Shown here in pieces: positions 1-9,257 of a stretch of 64,000 nucleotides of DNA. The DNA is taken from IMG/VR virus record IMGVR_UViG_3300047564_001818; one strand, given 5' to 3'. Position numbers and translations under genes: made by a program. This DNA is from a virus (taxonomy: Duplodnaviria > Caudoviricetes). The notes below the pieces were generated by a model. That model was given only the letters and a program-made list of their open reading frames with translations. It searched no databases and was not told where the DNA came from. Numbering within the stretch: the stretch's first letter is position 1; each line of letters starts with the position of its first letter.

Positions 1-1845
1 ACTTATTCTAGAAAGTGCAATGTGATACCATTGTCCAGTTAACAACGTGCTTCCTATAATTCTATCAGCACTGTTTGTGTAATAACGAATCTGTCCACCA
101 TTTGAAATATATACTACAGGTGCAACATCTCCAAAGGCTCCTGCTCTAAAATCAAAAATTTCTCTATTTCCTGATAAACTAGTGAGATAAACAAACGCCT
201 CTACAGTAAAATCACCTGTACCAAACCCAAAGTCGTTATTTGCTGAAACACCTATATAATCTTCAACACCATCTAACTGTAAACTGCTAGTGCCAAATCT
301 TTTTATAGCAGTGTCAGTTACAGGGTTGTTATATCTCACAATGGTTTTTCCGCCTCTTTCAGAAAAGGTTTCAAAGCCAGTTTGTTTGCCGCTTACATAA
401 AACTTGCCGTCTGTATCAACAGAACTAACAGTACCTGTTGCTAACACAGTAACACCATCTGTGTCGTAGTAGGTTACAGTTTCTCCTGCAAGATATGATC
501 CTGTTATACCGTCTACTCTAATTGCAGTCTTGCCTGTACCTTTAAGTCCAGTTACACCATCTAGTGCTGTAAGTCCACGATTGGCAAAGTATGTAAAGCA
601 GTTTAACCATTCAACTCGCGTACCGTTAGTAATTACTAGTGCATCTACACCTGGGGTAATAAATGTTACACTATGAAACAGGCAAGCTGCTTCTCTTGAC
701 CCTGTTGTTGCAACACTACCGTCTAGATACGCACCTTTGCCTGCATCTCCGGCATCAAATCCTCTAGGGTCTGTCCCACTAGTTACACTGCCGGATGTTA
801 TGACACTTATATTTCTAATATATGGCGAACGTGTAGTGACTGTAAATCCAGGAGCAAACTTGAACGCATATCCGTTGTAAAAATCTTTTACAGTAATATC
901 TTCTATTGTAACTTCGCCGTTTAATAGAAAAGCATCATTGTTTTGAGTTGCCGGTGTGGGTTTAATAGTAACACTGCGGATACTGTGACCTTTTACAGTA
1001 ACGCCAGCAGGAATAGTCATAGGAAATACTTCTAGATATGTTCCAGGATAAATGTGTATAGTGTCACCGCTTGTAGCTTGACTTAATGCATATGCCAATG
1101 AACGATAGGGATCGTTTGGATGAGTACCTGAATAAGTATCACTACCGTTTACAGCAACATACAGTATATTTCCTTGACGTAAAGTAATGTCAATTCCGTC
1201 TACTTCAACAAATCCTGTGGTTACTGAGCCAGCAAAAAAGTTATTAGTCCATATGTTAGCCCATGACTTACCACCAGTAGCTGGATTACTACCTAAGTTA
1301 TAAGTATTGTGAGCATCTGGAATAATATTTGAATTTATTTCTGCATTAAATGTAACATTGTCTGTATTAGCATCACCTATTGTTATATTACCATTAGCAG
1401 TAATCGATCCTGTGGCAACAATGTTTCCGTAAACATTTGTGTCAGCAAAGATCTCGACAGTGCCAGATCCATTAGGACGAAACTCCAAATCTTCGTTTGA
1501 GGTATTAGTACTGATAACATTATTTTCAATGTCAATACTATCAATTACTAATTTGTTCTGGTATATAACATTATCTGCTGTACCTAATGTCAACACATTG
1601 TCTAGTGTAGAAATAGTATTGCCTAAGAAATTTACACTAGAAATTTGCGCTTCTGTGTTTACTTCTATACCGGGCGCTCTAATTGTACCGTTTACATCTA
1701 AATCGTATTGAGGAGATGCAGTATTGATACCAATTCGGCTGTTATTAACATCAAGATATAGTAGATCATTCTCAAAGGCTAAGTTTACTCCTTCTCTCAG
1801 AAGGTTAGCCCTCAAGAGTGGACCACTAATGCGACCAATAGCCAT
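1..1845 (-). CDS. Virion fibre/tailspike-like protein with beta-helix and LamG-like domains (3'-truncated by window edge; not in ORF track)
   Basis: ATG at 1845 with GAGGAG SD; reads MAIGRISGPLLRANLLREGVNLAFENDLLYLDVNNSRIGINT..., later RQGNILYVAVNGSD...PGTYLEVFP and ends ...TGQWYHIALSRIS at position 1 (LamG-like). Paralog of 1976..4441. Confidence 0.8.
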   Translation of the reverse strand, partial: MAIGRISGPLLRANLLREGVNLAFENDLLYLDVNNSRIGINTASPQYDLDVNGTIRAPGIEVNTEAQISSVNFLGNTISTLDNVLTLGTADNVIYQNKLVIDSIDIENNVISTNTSNEDLEFRPNGSGTVEIFADTNVYGNIVATGSITANGNITIGDANTDNVTFNAEINSNIIPDAHNTYNLGSNPATGGKSWANIWTNNFFAGSVTTGFVEVDGIDITLRQGNILYVAVNGSDTYSGTHPNDPYRSLAYALSQATSGDTIHIYPGTYLEVFPMTIPAGVTVKGHSIRSVTIKPTPATQNNDAFLLNGEVTIEDITVKDFYNGYAFKFAPGFTVTTRSPYIRNISVITSGSVTSGTDPRGFDAGDAGKGAYLDGSVATTGSREAACLFHSVTFITPGVDALVITNGTRVEWLNCFTYFANRGLTALDGVTGLKGTGKTAIRVDGITGSYLAGETVTYYDTDGVTVLATGTVSSVDTDGKFYVSGKQTGFETFSERGGKTIVRYNNPVTDTAIKRFGTSSLQLDGVEDYIGVSANNDFGFGTGDFTVEAFVYLTSLSGNREIFDFRAGAFGDVAPVVYISNGGQIRYYTNSADRIIGSTLLTGQWYHIALSRIS

Positions 1846-1956
1846 CTCTTCTCCTCAACACGGGGATCCTGTCCCTCTCACCGAATTTTCAGCTTGCGCT
1901 CTTTGCTGGTGCCCACAGTTTGACAGTATAGCACAATGGTCGCTGTGCTACATTAT
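1846..1956 (-). promoter_or_regulatory. Candidate structured 5' leader RNA
   Basis: Between a GATAAATA box and the SD: hairpins TAGCACA/TGTGCTA and AGC-GCAA-GCT, plus CTGTC/GACAG long-range pairing. Confidence 0.5.
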
Positions 1957-1964
1957 TATTTATC
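1957..1964 (-). promoter_or_regulatory. T4-type late promoter (GATAAATA)
   Basis: Matches the recurrent nATAAATA box upstream of structural genes; T4 consensus TATAAATA. Confidence 0.7.
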
Positions 1965-1975
1965 GTTTTTTAGTA

Positions 1976-4441
1976 TTACCCTAATACTAGAGTATAGATA
2001 TCCATTAATTCTTTAAAGGTTTCTTCAGTAACAGATTCGTCTTCGCCTGTACTTGGTTGCCATTCTGTTCCATTCCAAGTTTCAAGATATAATAAATCAA
2101 GATTCCATCGTGTATCTCCAATTTCAGGAGAACCGGATCTTTCTGCAGTTGTACCGTATGGTATTACAAGACCTGTAGTGCTATCAAACTTAGCATACCC
2201 TCTATCGGTAGTTGCTATTACAAAAGCACTATTTGATATATTAGAAAAATACGAATCGTTTATGTCTATATCAAACGTATTTACAACAGCATTTCCACTT
2301 CTTATTAGTTCTAAATCACTGTTGCTTAGTGTAGTTCTAATTATATTGTTATCGAAAAGTATATTTTCATTAGACAGGCCGTGAATTTCTAAACTGTAAG
2401 GTGTTAGTCTACCTCTTTCTGCACTGCTGGTTCTAAAAATTATTTCATTACTAAAATTAGTAGCATCAACACTAGTTGCTCTATTGTCAGAATAGATTCC
2501 ACCAAAACTTAAATTAGCAGTCGAGTATCCTTCATATAAGTTTGTTTGAGTGTTATATCTAACGTTGCTGCTAACGTTAGTTCTTTCAATATTTGTGCCT
2601 CTACTTACAATTAACCCAGGATTACTTGTTAAGGTCAATATTTCTGTATACGGTGATATTTCTAAATCTTCAGCAATGTTAATAATAGTATTGCCTGTAA
2701 TTCTTAAATTACCAGTATCAATACGTTCACCATCAATATAAGTAATAGATCCATTTGTATTGACGATAATACTGCTTACTCCAGAAAAGTCTATGTTTTC
2801 GGCATTAATACTTGTGGTACCGGTTTCAAAATCTACAAAAAACTGATCTCCGATTCTATAGGTTCCAAATGCATCAGTACTATTGTAGTAAATTTTGCCG
2901 AAGTTTATTTCAACTGTTTCGTTAGCTTGTTCTACCAGTGTGCCATCATTGGTTACATCTTTACCTGTTCCTATATAAGCAAAGTTATGACCTATTAGAT
3001 ACATTAAGGTATTAGGTCCATTGGCTACAGCACCAAAGTTTCCGTAAACATTTGCACTACCAATACTGCGTATTTCTGCTCCGTATCTTAAACTACTGTC
3101 GCTGAGAGGTTTGCCTATGGATCCCTCTAGTGCGTATAATCCACGGTTAGCAAAATATGTAAAACTATTAAGCCATTCTACTCTTACGCCGTTGGTCATT
3201 GTAATACAATCTACACCAGGTGTAATAAAAGTAGCACTGTGGAATAGCATACTGGCTTCTAAACTGTCAGCATCAAGTTCGCTACCATCTATATAGGCGC
3301 CTCGGCCTGCATCAGCATTGTTAAATCCTCTAGGATCAGCTGCTGAAGTTACACTGCCTTGCGTGATAACACTTACGTTTCTAATGTAGGGACTTCTAGT
3401 ACTTACTAGACCATTTGGTGTAAATCTAAAAGCATGACCTGTGTTAGTTACACTGTTGTAATAAAAATCCTTAACTGTAATATTTTCTATAGTAACATCG
3501 CCTTGTACTAAAAAAGCATCTTGTGTTTCTGTTACAGATGTAGGTGTTATAACTGTGTTTCTTAAATCTTCGCCGCTCACAGTTACATGTGGAGGTACTG
3601 TTAACGGAAAATCTTCTTCGTATACACCAGGAAATATATGAATAACAATTGGTCCTTCTGTACTTCCATCGCTTTGTGCAAGAGCATGTTTTAGTGTACG
3701 GAATGCACCATGCTGATGGTCGCCTACATTAGTGTCACTGCCTAGAGTACTAACATAAAAAATGTTACCTTGTCTACGTGCTACACTAGTGCCGCTAGAT
3801 ATTAATTCTTCAAGTTGAATTGATTGGCCGTTAAGTAAAGTACTATAAATTCCAAGCCATTGTTTACTTGGAGAACCTAAATTACTTGTATTATCTTGAT
3901 CTGGTATAAGATCACTATTAACATCAGCTGCAAACGAAACATTATCTGCATCATTGTTACCTAATGTTAGATTTCCTCCAAATGTAATATCACCTGTAGC
4001 GTGTAAGCTTCCAGTAATATTCCAATTACTGTGCATGTTTAGTGTGCCAGTACCGTTTGGCCTAATTTCTATATTAGAGTTAGAGGTAGTTGAGCTAATA
4101 GTATTAAAATCAAATTTTAAGTTAGCAGTAGCAATACTGGTAGCAAAAATATAGTCTGCACTGGTTAAGAATATATTGCCTATGTTGTTAACTATTTCGC
4201 TATTTTGTATCGAATAGTTTCCAGTATTTACATAGTCTGCTAATAAGTTGACTGTTCTATAGGTTGTTGGTATACTTAAAGTATCGCCAGGTGCTTCTGT
4301 GTTAATACCAATTCGGCTGTTGTTTACATCTAAATGAAGCAGTGCAGTATCACTGGTTGTATTTTTAAAGTTGAGATTTACGCCTTGGCGCAGTAGATTA
4401 TCTTGTAAAACTCCACCTGAGATGCGCCCTAACTGTGACAT
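1976..4441 (-). CDS. Virion fibre/tailspike-like protein with pectin-lyase-like beta-helix region (821 aa)
   Basis: RQGNIFYVSTLGSDTNVG...FRTLKHAL...IFPGVYEEDFP motif, beta-rich repeats, C-terminal GDTRWN...LETWNGTEW fibre motif. Confidence 0.65.
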   Translation of the reverse strand: MSQLGRISGGVLQDNLLRQGVNLNFKNTTSDTALLHLDVNNSRIGINTEAPGDTLSIPTTYRTVNLLADYVNTGNYSIQNSEIVNNIGNIFLTSADYIFATSIATANLKFDFNTISSTTSNSNIEIRPNGTGTLNMHSNWNITGSLHATGDITFGGNLTLGNNDADNVSFAADVNSDLIPDQDNTSNLGSPSKQWLGIYSTLLNGQSIQLEELISSGTSVARRQGNIFYVSTLGSDTNVGDHQHGAFRTLKHALAQSDGSTEGPIVIHIFPGVYEEDFPLTVPPHVTVSGEDLRNTVITPTSVTETQDAFLVQGDVTIENITVKDFYYNSVTNTGHAFRFTPNGLVSTRSPYIRNVSVITQGSVTSAADPRGFNNADAGRGAYIDGSELDADSLEASMLFHSATFITPGVDCITMTNGVRVEWLNSFTYFANRGLYALEGSIGKPLSDSSLRYGAEIRSIGSANVYGNFGAVANGPNTLMYLIGHNFAYIGTGKDVTNDGTLVEQANETVEINFGKIYYNSTDAFGTYRIGDQFFVDFETGTTSINAENIDFSGVSSIIVNTNGSITYIDGERIDTGNLRITGNTIINIAEDLEISPYTEILTLTSNPGLIVSRGTNIERTNVSSNVRYNTQTNLYEGYSTANLSFGGIYSDNRATSVDATNFSNEIIFRTSSAERGRLTPYSLEIHGLSNENILFDNNIIRTTLSNSDLELIRSGNAVVNTFDIDINDSYFSNISNSAFVIATTDRGYAKFDSTTGLVIPYGTTAERSGSPEIGDTRWNLDLLYLETWNGTEWQPSTGEDESVTEETFKELMDIYTLVLG

Positions 4442-4460
4442 TGATTACTCCTTGACACAG

Positions 4461-4468
4461 TATTTATT
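4461..4468 (-). promoter_or_regulatory. Late promoter (AATAAATA) overlapping upstream stop codon
   Basis: Box overlaps the TAA at 4464-4466 and lies 20 nt before the 4441 start. Confidence 0.6.
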
Positions 4469-5024
4469 TGTCAAAGTTATGAATAACTGTTACTGGTTTT
4501 CCTAAAGGTACAGCACCAGTAAATTCAATCCACCATCCTGTATCTGTTTCTGTATAAGGTGCGTTTGGACCAGTTAAATTAACCTGTGCTGTTTGTCTAA
4601 TATTATAGTTTGTTGCCGGAAGTTGATAAACGTTTTCAACAAAAACTAATATATTTTGAGATGCTGCTGGTGCCGGAAAGTCTACGTCTCCGCTGTTTAA
4701 TTCACCAAACACAGTTTCTGTAGCATCGCCATTACCTAGATTCTGTACAACAATACCTGGATCTTGGTTAGGTTCTTTGAATCTAACATTTCTCCAAGCA
4801 CCGTTTTGATAAGCTTCTAATTGATCTGTAGTAGTATTATATCTTACATGACCTTCTGTTGCGGCTGTTGCTATACCTGATTCTCCGGGTCTTGCAGTTT
4901 CTGCACCTTTAGGTACTAGCATAGCACGTTCACTGTCTACTATGACTTGATTGTCATAGTCATATTTTACGCCTTTACCGTAAATATTTCTAAGATTAGT
5001 GTTTTGTGCTTTTAACAATCTCAT
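4464..5024 (-). CDS. Putative virion structural protein (186 aa)
   Basis: EGHVRYNTTTDQLEAYQNGAW fibre-type motif; in late structural operon. Confidence 0.6.
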   Translation of the reverse strand: MRLLKAQNTNLRNIYGKGVKYDYDNQVIVDSERAMLVPKGAETARPGESGIATAATEGHVRYNTTTDQLEAYQNGAWRNVRFKEPNQDPGIVVQNLGNGDATETVFGELNSGDVDFPAPAASQNILVFVENVYQLPATNYNIRQTAQVNLTGPNAPYTETDTGWWIEFTGAVPLGKPVTVIHNFDK

Positions 5025-5025
5025 A

Positions 5026-5361
5026 TTATACTTCCAAATAGCTTACTGTAGCTGCAAGATTAGTAAGTCCTGATCCAATAGTAGGTTCTGCCACAAACGT
5101 AATTCTATCGCCTTGATCCAAAACAATACGTTCTGAATCGAATGTAAAAGTTTCTCCTGGCGGAAGAGTTAGATTTCTTACAACAGTTGTAACAGCATTA
5201 CTAAGTGTGTCGCCAAAAGGTATTAAATGTAGGTCGAAACTAGCACTAGCTGCTAACGAAGTATTGCAAACTAAAATGTTAGTAATTGCATAACTTTTTT
5301 CAACAGGAACAACTAAGATATCTAATGCAGTTGTTGTTAATTGGGCATTTACTATTGCCAT
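5026..5361 (-). CDS. Putative small virion structural protein (111 aa)
   Basis: Beta-rich ORF tightly packed in the operon; GGA SD. Confidence 0.6.
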   Translation of the reverse strand: MAIVNAQLTTTALDILVVPVEKSYAITNILVCNTSLAASASFDLHLIPFGDTLSNAVTTVVRNLTLPPGETFTFDSERIVLDQGDRITFVAEPTIGSGLTNLAATVSYLEV

Positions 5362-5371
5362 ATTTTTTTCC

Positions 5372-6346
5372 TTAAAATAACATACTAAAAAGTAATGATC
5401 TATTCTTACTTACTAATTCGTCTCTAGTTTGATTAGCATTTGCGAAATAAATCCCAGTCTTACCAGTATATTCGTCTGAAATATAAATTTTTGCACCGTT
5501 ACTAGGAAAACTTGGACTTGTGCTAGGATCGTTGTCACCAGGTACACTATTAATATGTAATACATCATCAACTCTTATACTACCAGTTCCTGATGATTTT
5601 AATACTAGATCACTATTACTAGTAAGTGTATCTATAGTTGTTCCTGCGATTCTTATTTCATCAAATTCCCAGCGGTCAATAAAAAGCTGACTTACAGTAA
5701 CTCCATCAATAGCAAAATTAATTACACTGTCGACTCCACTAGTTTCTTCGTCGACCACAATAATACTCGATGTTGATATTACTCCGTCACCTATCTGTCC
5801 AAGAAACACTGTAGAAAATGCTGTAGTAATTGCATCGTCTACATATTTTTTATTTGTAATATGATCGTCGTCGGTAACATTTACTTCATAGTTTGTAGTT
5901 CCAGTAACGCTGATTACTCCTGTGCCGCTGTTTATTAAATAAAGGTCGCCGCCGCCAGTTGATATACTGTTAGTCCTAATTCCAACTAAAGATCCTTCGT
6001 TGTCTCTAAAAACAAATCCGCCTGTTTTAGTAGTTTCTGTATTTGGATCTCTCCAGGTTATGTTTTCGTTAAATGTAAAGAATGCGTCAGAAAATGTACC
6101 TCGGTCTATTCTTAACCCTGCTTCGTCAAGTGTAATACCTGCTCCAGTTTCTCCGCTATTAACAACGATAATATTGTCTCTAACAGCTAAATCTTCACTT
6201 TGAACCGTTGTAGTATTACCCTCAACAATTAAGTCGCCTGTAATAACAACTTGACCTTGTTCAGAACCTGTATTCAATCTTATTTGGCCGCCTTCTTGTA
6301 CGGTTACATAAAAATTGCCATTTGGTACATTAATAAATCTTGACAT
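5372..6346 (-). CDS. Putative virion structural/fibre protein (324 aa)
   Basis: ITGDLIVEGNTTTVQSEDLAVRDNII segment resembles the one in 53535..55406; late operon. Confidence 0.6.
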   Translation of the reverse strand: MSRFINVPNGNFYVTVQEGGQIRLNTGSEQGQVVITGDLIVEGNTTTVQSEDLAVRDNIIVVNSGETGAGITLDEAGLRIDRGTFSDAFFTFNENITWRDPNTETTKTGGFVFRDNEGSLVGIRTNSISTGGGDLYLINSGTGVISVTGTTNYEVNVTDDDHITNKKYVDDAITTAFSTVFLGQIGDGVISTSSIIVVDEETSGVDSVINFAIDGVTVSQLFIDRWEFDEIRIAGTTIDTLTSNSDLVLKSSGTGSIRVDDVLHINSVPGDNDPSTSPSFPSNGAKIYISDEYTGKTGIYFANANQTRDELVSKNRSLLFSMLF

Positions 6347-6359
6347 TTACGATCCTTAG

Positions 6360-6383
6360 TATGGGGGGATTGCTCCCCCCATA
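6360..6383 (-). other. Intergenic 10-bp stem with GCAA tetraloop
   Basis: TATGGGGGGA-GCAA-TCCCCCCATA, no U-tract. Confidence 0.8.
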
Positions 6384-6387
6384 ATCA

Positions 6388-6807
6388 TTAAAGTGCTGTT
6401 AAAACAATATAATCGTTTGAGCTATCGTTTTCTAGATACCAAGTATATTTGTTTCCAGAAAAGTCAGTTGCTACTCGCTTAGTTATTTTTGCAATAGCTA
6501 CTTCTGCGCTGGTTACATCGCCGCCTGATGGTGTTGCATAACCAACTAATCTCATTTGTCCTAATGCCGAAGGTGTAGCAGATTGTAATACACAAGTTAC
6601 AGTATCAGTACTGTCTTTGCCTTTATTTCCTGCTAGATTTCCTACTCTAGTTACTTTAAAAGTTTTTGCACCACGTTGTTTAACAATAGCACCATCTGTT
6701 CTTAATGAAGTGCCGTCATGAAATGCAATTCTTATACCAGCAGCCGAACTGGTAAAAGAACCAATAACATCTACTCCGTTTATATCTTTTCTTAATGGAC
6801 GTCCCAT
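6388..6807 (-). CDS. Putative virion protein downstream of major capsid gene (139 aa)
   Basis: AAGGAG SD and own late promoter; function not recognised. Confidence 0.7.
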   Translation of the reverse strand: MGRPLRKDINGVDVIGSFTSSAAGIRIAFHDGTSLRTDGAIVKQRGAKTFKVTRVGNLAGNKGKDSTDTVTCVLQSATPSALGQMRLVGYATPSGGDVTSAEVAIAKITKRVATDFSGNKYTWYLENDSSNDYIVLTAL

Positions 6808-6889
6808 TGTTTTCTCCTTGACGTTCTAGGTCTACGCGGTGGGTCAATTCCGCATAAGTCCTCCGAATGAGGCACGATTAACGACAAAG
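6808..6889 (-). promoter_or_regulatory. Candidate structured 5' leader (possible pseudoknot at the SD)
   Basis: CCTC/GAGG and TATGCGG/CCGCGTA stems; loop TTGAC is complementary to GTCAA overlapping the SD. Confidence 0.5.
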
Positions 6890-6897
6890 TATTTATC
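6890..6897 (-). promoter_or_regulatory. Late promoter (GATAAATA)
   Basis: nATAAATA box just after the capsid terminator. Confidence 0.7.
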
Positions 6898-6914
6898 AAA
6901 TTTGTATAAGTCAT

Positions 6915-6943
6915 AAAAATAGGCCCCGTAGGGCCTATTTTTT
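6915..6943 (-). terminator. Rho-independent terminator of the capsid operon (bidirectional shape)
   Basis: AAAAATAGGCCC-TACG-GGGCCTATTTTT; UNCG loop, A/T tracts on both sides. Confidence 0.9.
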
Positions 6944-6959
6944 AAGTTATATATACCTA

Positions 6960-8129
6960 TTAGCTGAAGCTTACGTTGCCGCTAGTGATAGCAACTTTAC
7001 CTAGGTAGTCTGCTGCGTTACCAAGTGTCGAAGCAGTGTTTGTTAGTTCAACATAACCATAGCGAGTCATGAAGCTCACAGTTGGTTCGAATGTTGACGG
7101 ATCTAGTACAACACCGCTGCTCATCAATGGAATGTATGGGCAGTAGAATGCGGCTGCGTCTGATTCTGAAGAACCTTTGTAACCGATCAGTACTGCTGAG
7201 TCATCTGCTGCGTATGTATTTACATATACACGCATAGCATTATTCAAAGTACCAACCATCTTAGTGTTAGTTGGTGCTTCAAAAGTACCTTCAGTTGTAC
7301 GAGCAAACGCTGAAGTAGTTGCTGACTGAAGAATTGTTAGCGCGAATGGGCTAACAACTGCCCAGTTACCAGCACCACGACGTGTACGCTGTGCAATCAA
7401 GTTGCTTACACGGTTGATTTGAACTGCTAGAGCAGCATGTTCGTCACCAACGAATGTAGCAGTACCGCTTACAGCAGCTTGGTCGTAAGTTTGGTACACA
7501 CTAGCAAGAGTGCCTAGAGAATTAAGTACTTCTTGGTCGATTTCAGCAGTAATCTCTTGTGCAAGAGCAGCCATGATTTCTGCTTCAACGTCGATGCCAT
7601 GCTGTGACTGTGCGTCTTGAGCAGCTTCGAAAGTCCAGCGTGCGCTGATCTTACGAGTTTTGGCTTCAACAGTTTGCTTCAAGATTTGAATGCTTAGTCT
7701 GTTACCAGCTGTGCCTTCTGCTGCGGCAGTTGCAGCAGCTTTACCAGCAGTAGTACCTGTATATGCTTCAGCGATCTTGAATGGGCTTAGGGCTTCTTCA
7801 CCTGCAACTGCACCTGAAGCGCCTGAGCCAAATGTGTCCGCATAACGAACACGTAGAGTGTGGATTTGACCCACAGGACCTGTCATTGGCTGAACGCCAA
7901 TGAGTTCGTTAGCAATGACTGTTGGCATTACACGACGAATAACTGGTAGGATAACACGGTTGAGTGTTGCGACATTACCGGCAGAAGTAGCACCAGCTGT
8001 AGCAGTTTCTGCTAGATAACGACGAGTGTTCTCTAGTGTAGTTGCCATTACAGCTTTTTTATTGCCTTGTAGGCCTTCAAGAAGTGCTGTCTTCGTATCC
8101 TGCCAGCGACTTTCTAGTAGTTCTGACAT
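6960..8129 (-). CDS. gp23: Major capsid protein, T4 gp23-like (389 aa)
   Basis: GVQPMTGPVGQIHTLRVRY, VEAKTRKISARWTFEAAQD, FYCPYIPL, FMTRYG motifs; follows the scaffold gene. Confidence 0.95.
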   Translation of the reverse strand: MSELLESRWQDTKTALLEGLQGNKKAVMATTLENTRRYLAETATAGATSAGNVATLNRVILPVIRRVMPTVIANELIGVQPMTGPVGQIHTLRVRYADTFGSGASGAVAGEEALSPFKIAEAYTGTTAGKAAATAAAEGTAGNRLSIQILKQTVEAKTRKISARWTFEAAQDAQSQHGIDVEAEIMAALAQEITAEIDQEVLNSLGTLASVYQTYDQAAVSGTATFVGDEHAALAVQINRVSNLIAQRTRRGAGNWAVVSPFALTILQSATTSAFARTTEGTFEAPTNTKMVGTLNNAMRVYVNTYAADDSAVLIGYKGSSESDAAAFYCPYIPLMSSGVVLDPSTFEPTVSFMTRYGYVELTNTASTLGNAADYLGKVAITSGNVSFS

Positions 8130-8139
8130 TATTATCTCC

Positions 8140-9243
8140 TTAATTTAATCCAGCTAGACGGCGTAAGTCTAATACGTTACTGTCGTCTGCTTTACTACTA
8201 ATGTTAGATTGTGACTGAGTGTCACGGTTGCCTGTTACTTCTTTGCCTTCTGATAATATTGCCTTCTGCTTCGCTGGACCTTTACCGTCGATAACTGTCG
8301 GTAGATACTTTTCAAACGCAGTTTGTAGTCTGCCTGTTTGAACACTTTCCAGTAAGTCTGTCATTATTTCGCGTTGATCTTTACTTAACGGAGAAATTAA
8401 CTCGTTAATTGTTTTTTCACGCTTAACAGATTCTTCGAGACGCTTTCTTTGAGCTTCTGTTGCTTCTGCTAGTTTCTTTGCTTTTGCAGCAAATGCTTTT
8501 GTTTCTGCTAGTTGCTTGTTTTTTACATCAAGAACTTTTAGAAGTTTCGCAGTTTCTGAACTTTCATTTAGATATGAAACTCCGTACTCTGCCGCAAATG
8601 CTTCAAATATTTTACGACCAAAGTCGTTTCTTCGTGCTGTGTTAATATCTTCTTTAAGCGCATTGATCTCAGCTTTGAGACCTTTTGCAACTGTTTCAGA
8701 TACTGCACGAGCACTTCTTTCGATAAAGTCTTTTTTAACTTTAGCGAAGTGTTCTTTAGCTTCACGTACTAAACGTACTTTTGTTTCAGCTAAATCTTTT
8801 TTATCTTCGTAAAATTCTGCGATTTCATTTGATAGGGCTTCTACCACAAACTCTTCAAGCTTGGCATAGTTTTCAGCCATTGCTCGTTTGTCTGCATGTA
8901 GTTCTAAGATTTCTTTTTGTAGTTGTTCTACTACAAAACCTTTTAGAAGATTTGCATTTTCACGCATAGCTACTGCATAACGTGCTTTTGCTTCTGCTAG
9001 TTGTTTGCGATCTGTTGCAAACTCTGCAATTTCTTCTTGAAGACGCTCAGATAGCATAGCATCAATTGCTTCTACCATTGTCTGCTTATCATGCTCATAC
9101 TTCTGTGCGAATTCTTCGCGAAGATCAGCGGTAGCAGCACGACGGTTTTCGGCAACCTTTGCTTCCCAAGCTTCTTCAATCTGTGCCCTGACCTCTTGTG
9201 AAACAACATCGTTTTCGAAGAGTGTTTTCAGTGCATCTATCAT
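8140..9243 (-). CDS. gp22: Prohead core scaffold, gp22-like (367 aa)
   Basis: Coiled-coil, E/K/A-rich; sits between protease and capsid genes. Confidence 0.85.
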   Translation of the reverse strand: MIDALKTLFENDVVSQEVRAQIEEAWEAKVAENRRAATADLREEFAQKYEHDKQTMVEAIDAMLSERLQEEIAEFATDRKQLAEAKARYAVAMRENANLLKGFVVEQLQKEILELHADKRAMAENYAKLEEFVVEALSNEIAEFYEDKKDLAETKVRLVREAKEHFAKVKKDFIERSARAVSETVAKGLKAEINALKEDINTARRNDFGRKIFEAFAAEYGVSYLNESSETAKLLKVLDVKNKQLAETKAFAAKAKKLAEATEAQRKRLEESVKREKTINELISPLSKDQREIMTDLLESVQTGRLQTAFEKYLPTVIDGKGPAKQKAILSEGKEVTGNRDTQSQSNISSKADDSNVLDLRRLAGLN

Positions 9244-9257
9244 ACCATTCTCCTAGT

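Noticed and set aside
1439-6203. Short plus-strand ORFs antisense to fibre genes
   Set aside because: Nested in long coding genes, no initiation signals; expected shadow ORFs. The same applies to short antisense ORFs elsewhere.
6360-6383. Intrinsic terminator call for the G6/C6 hairpin
   Set aside because: No U-tract on either side; kept only as a stabilising hairpin.
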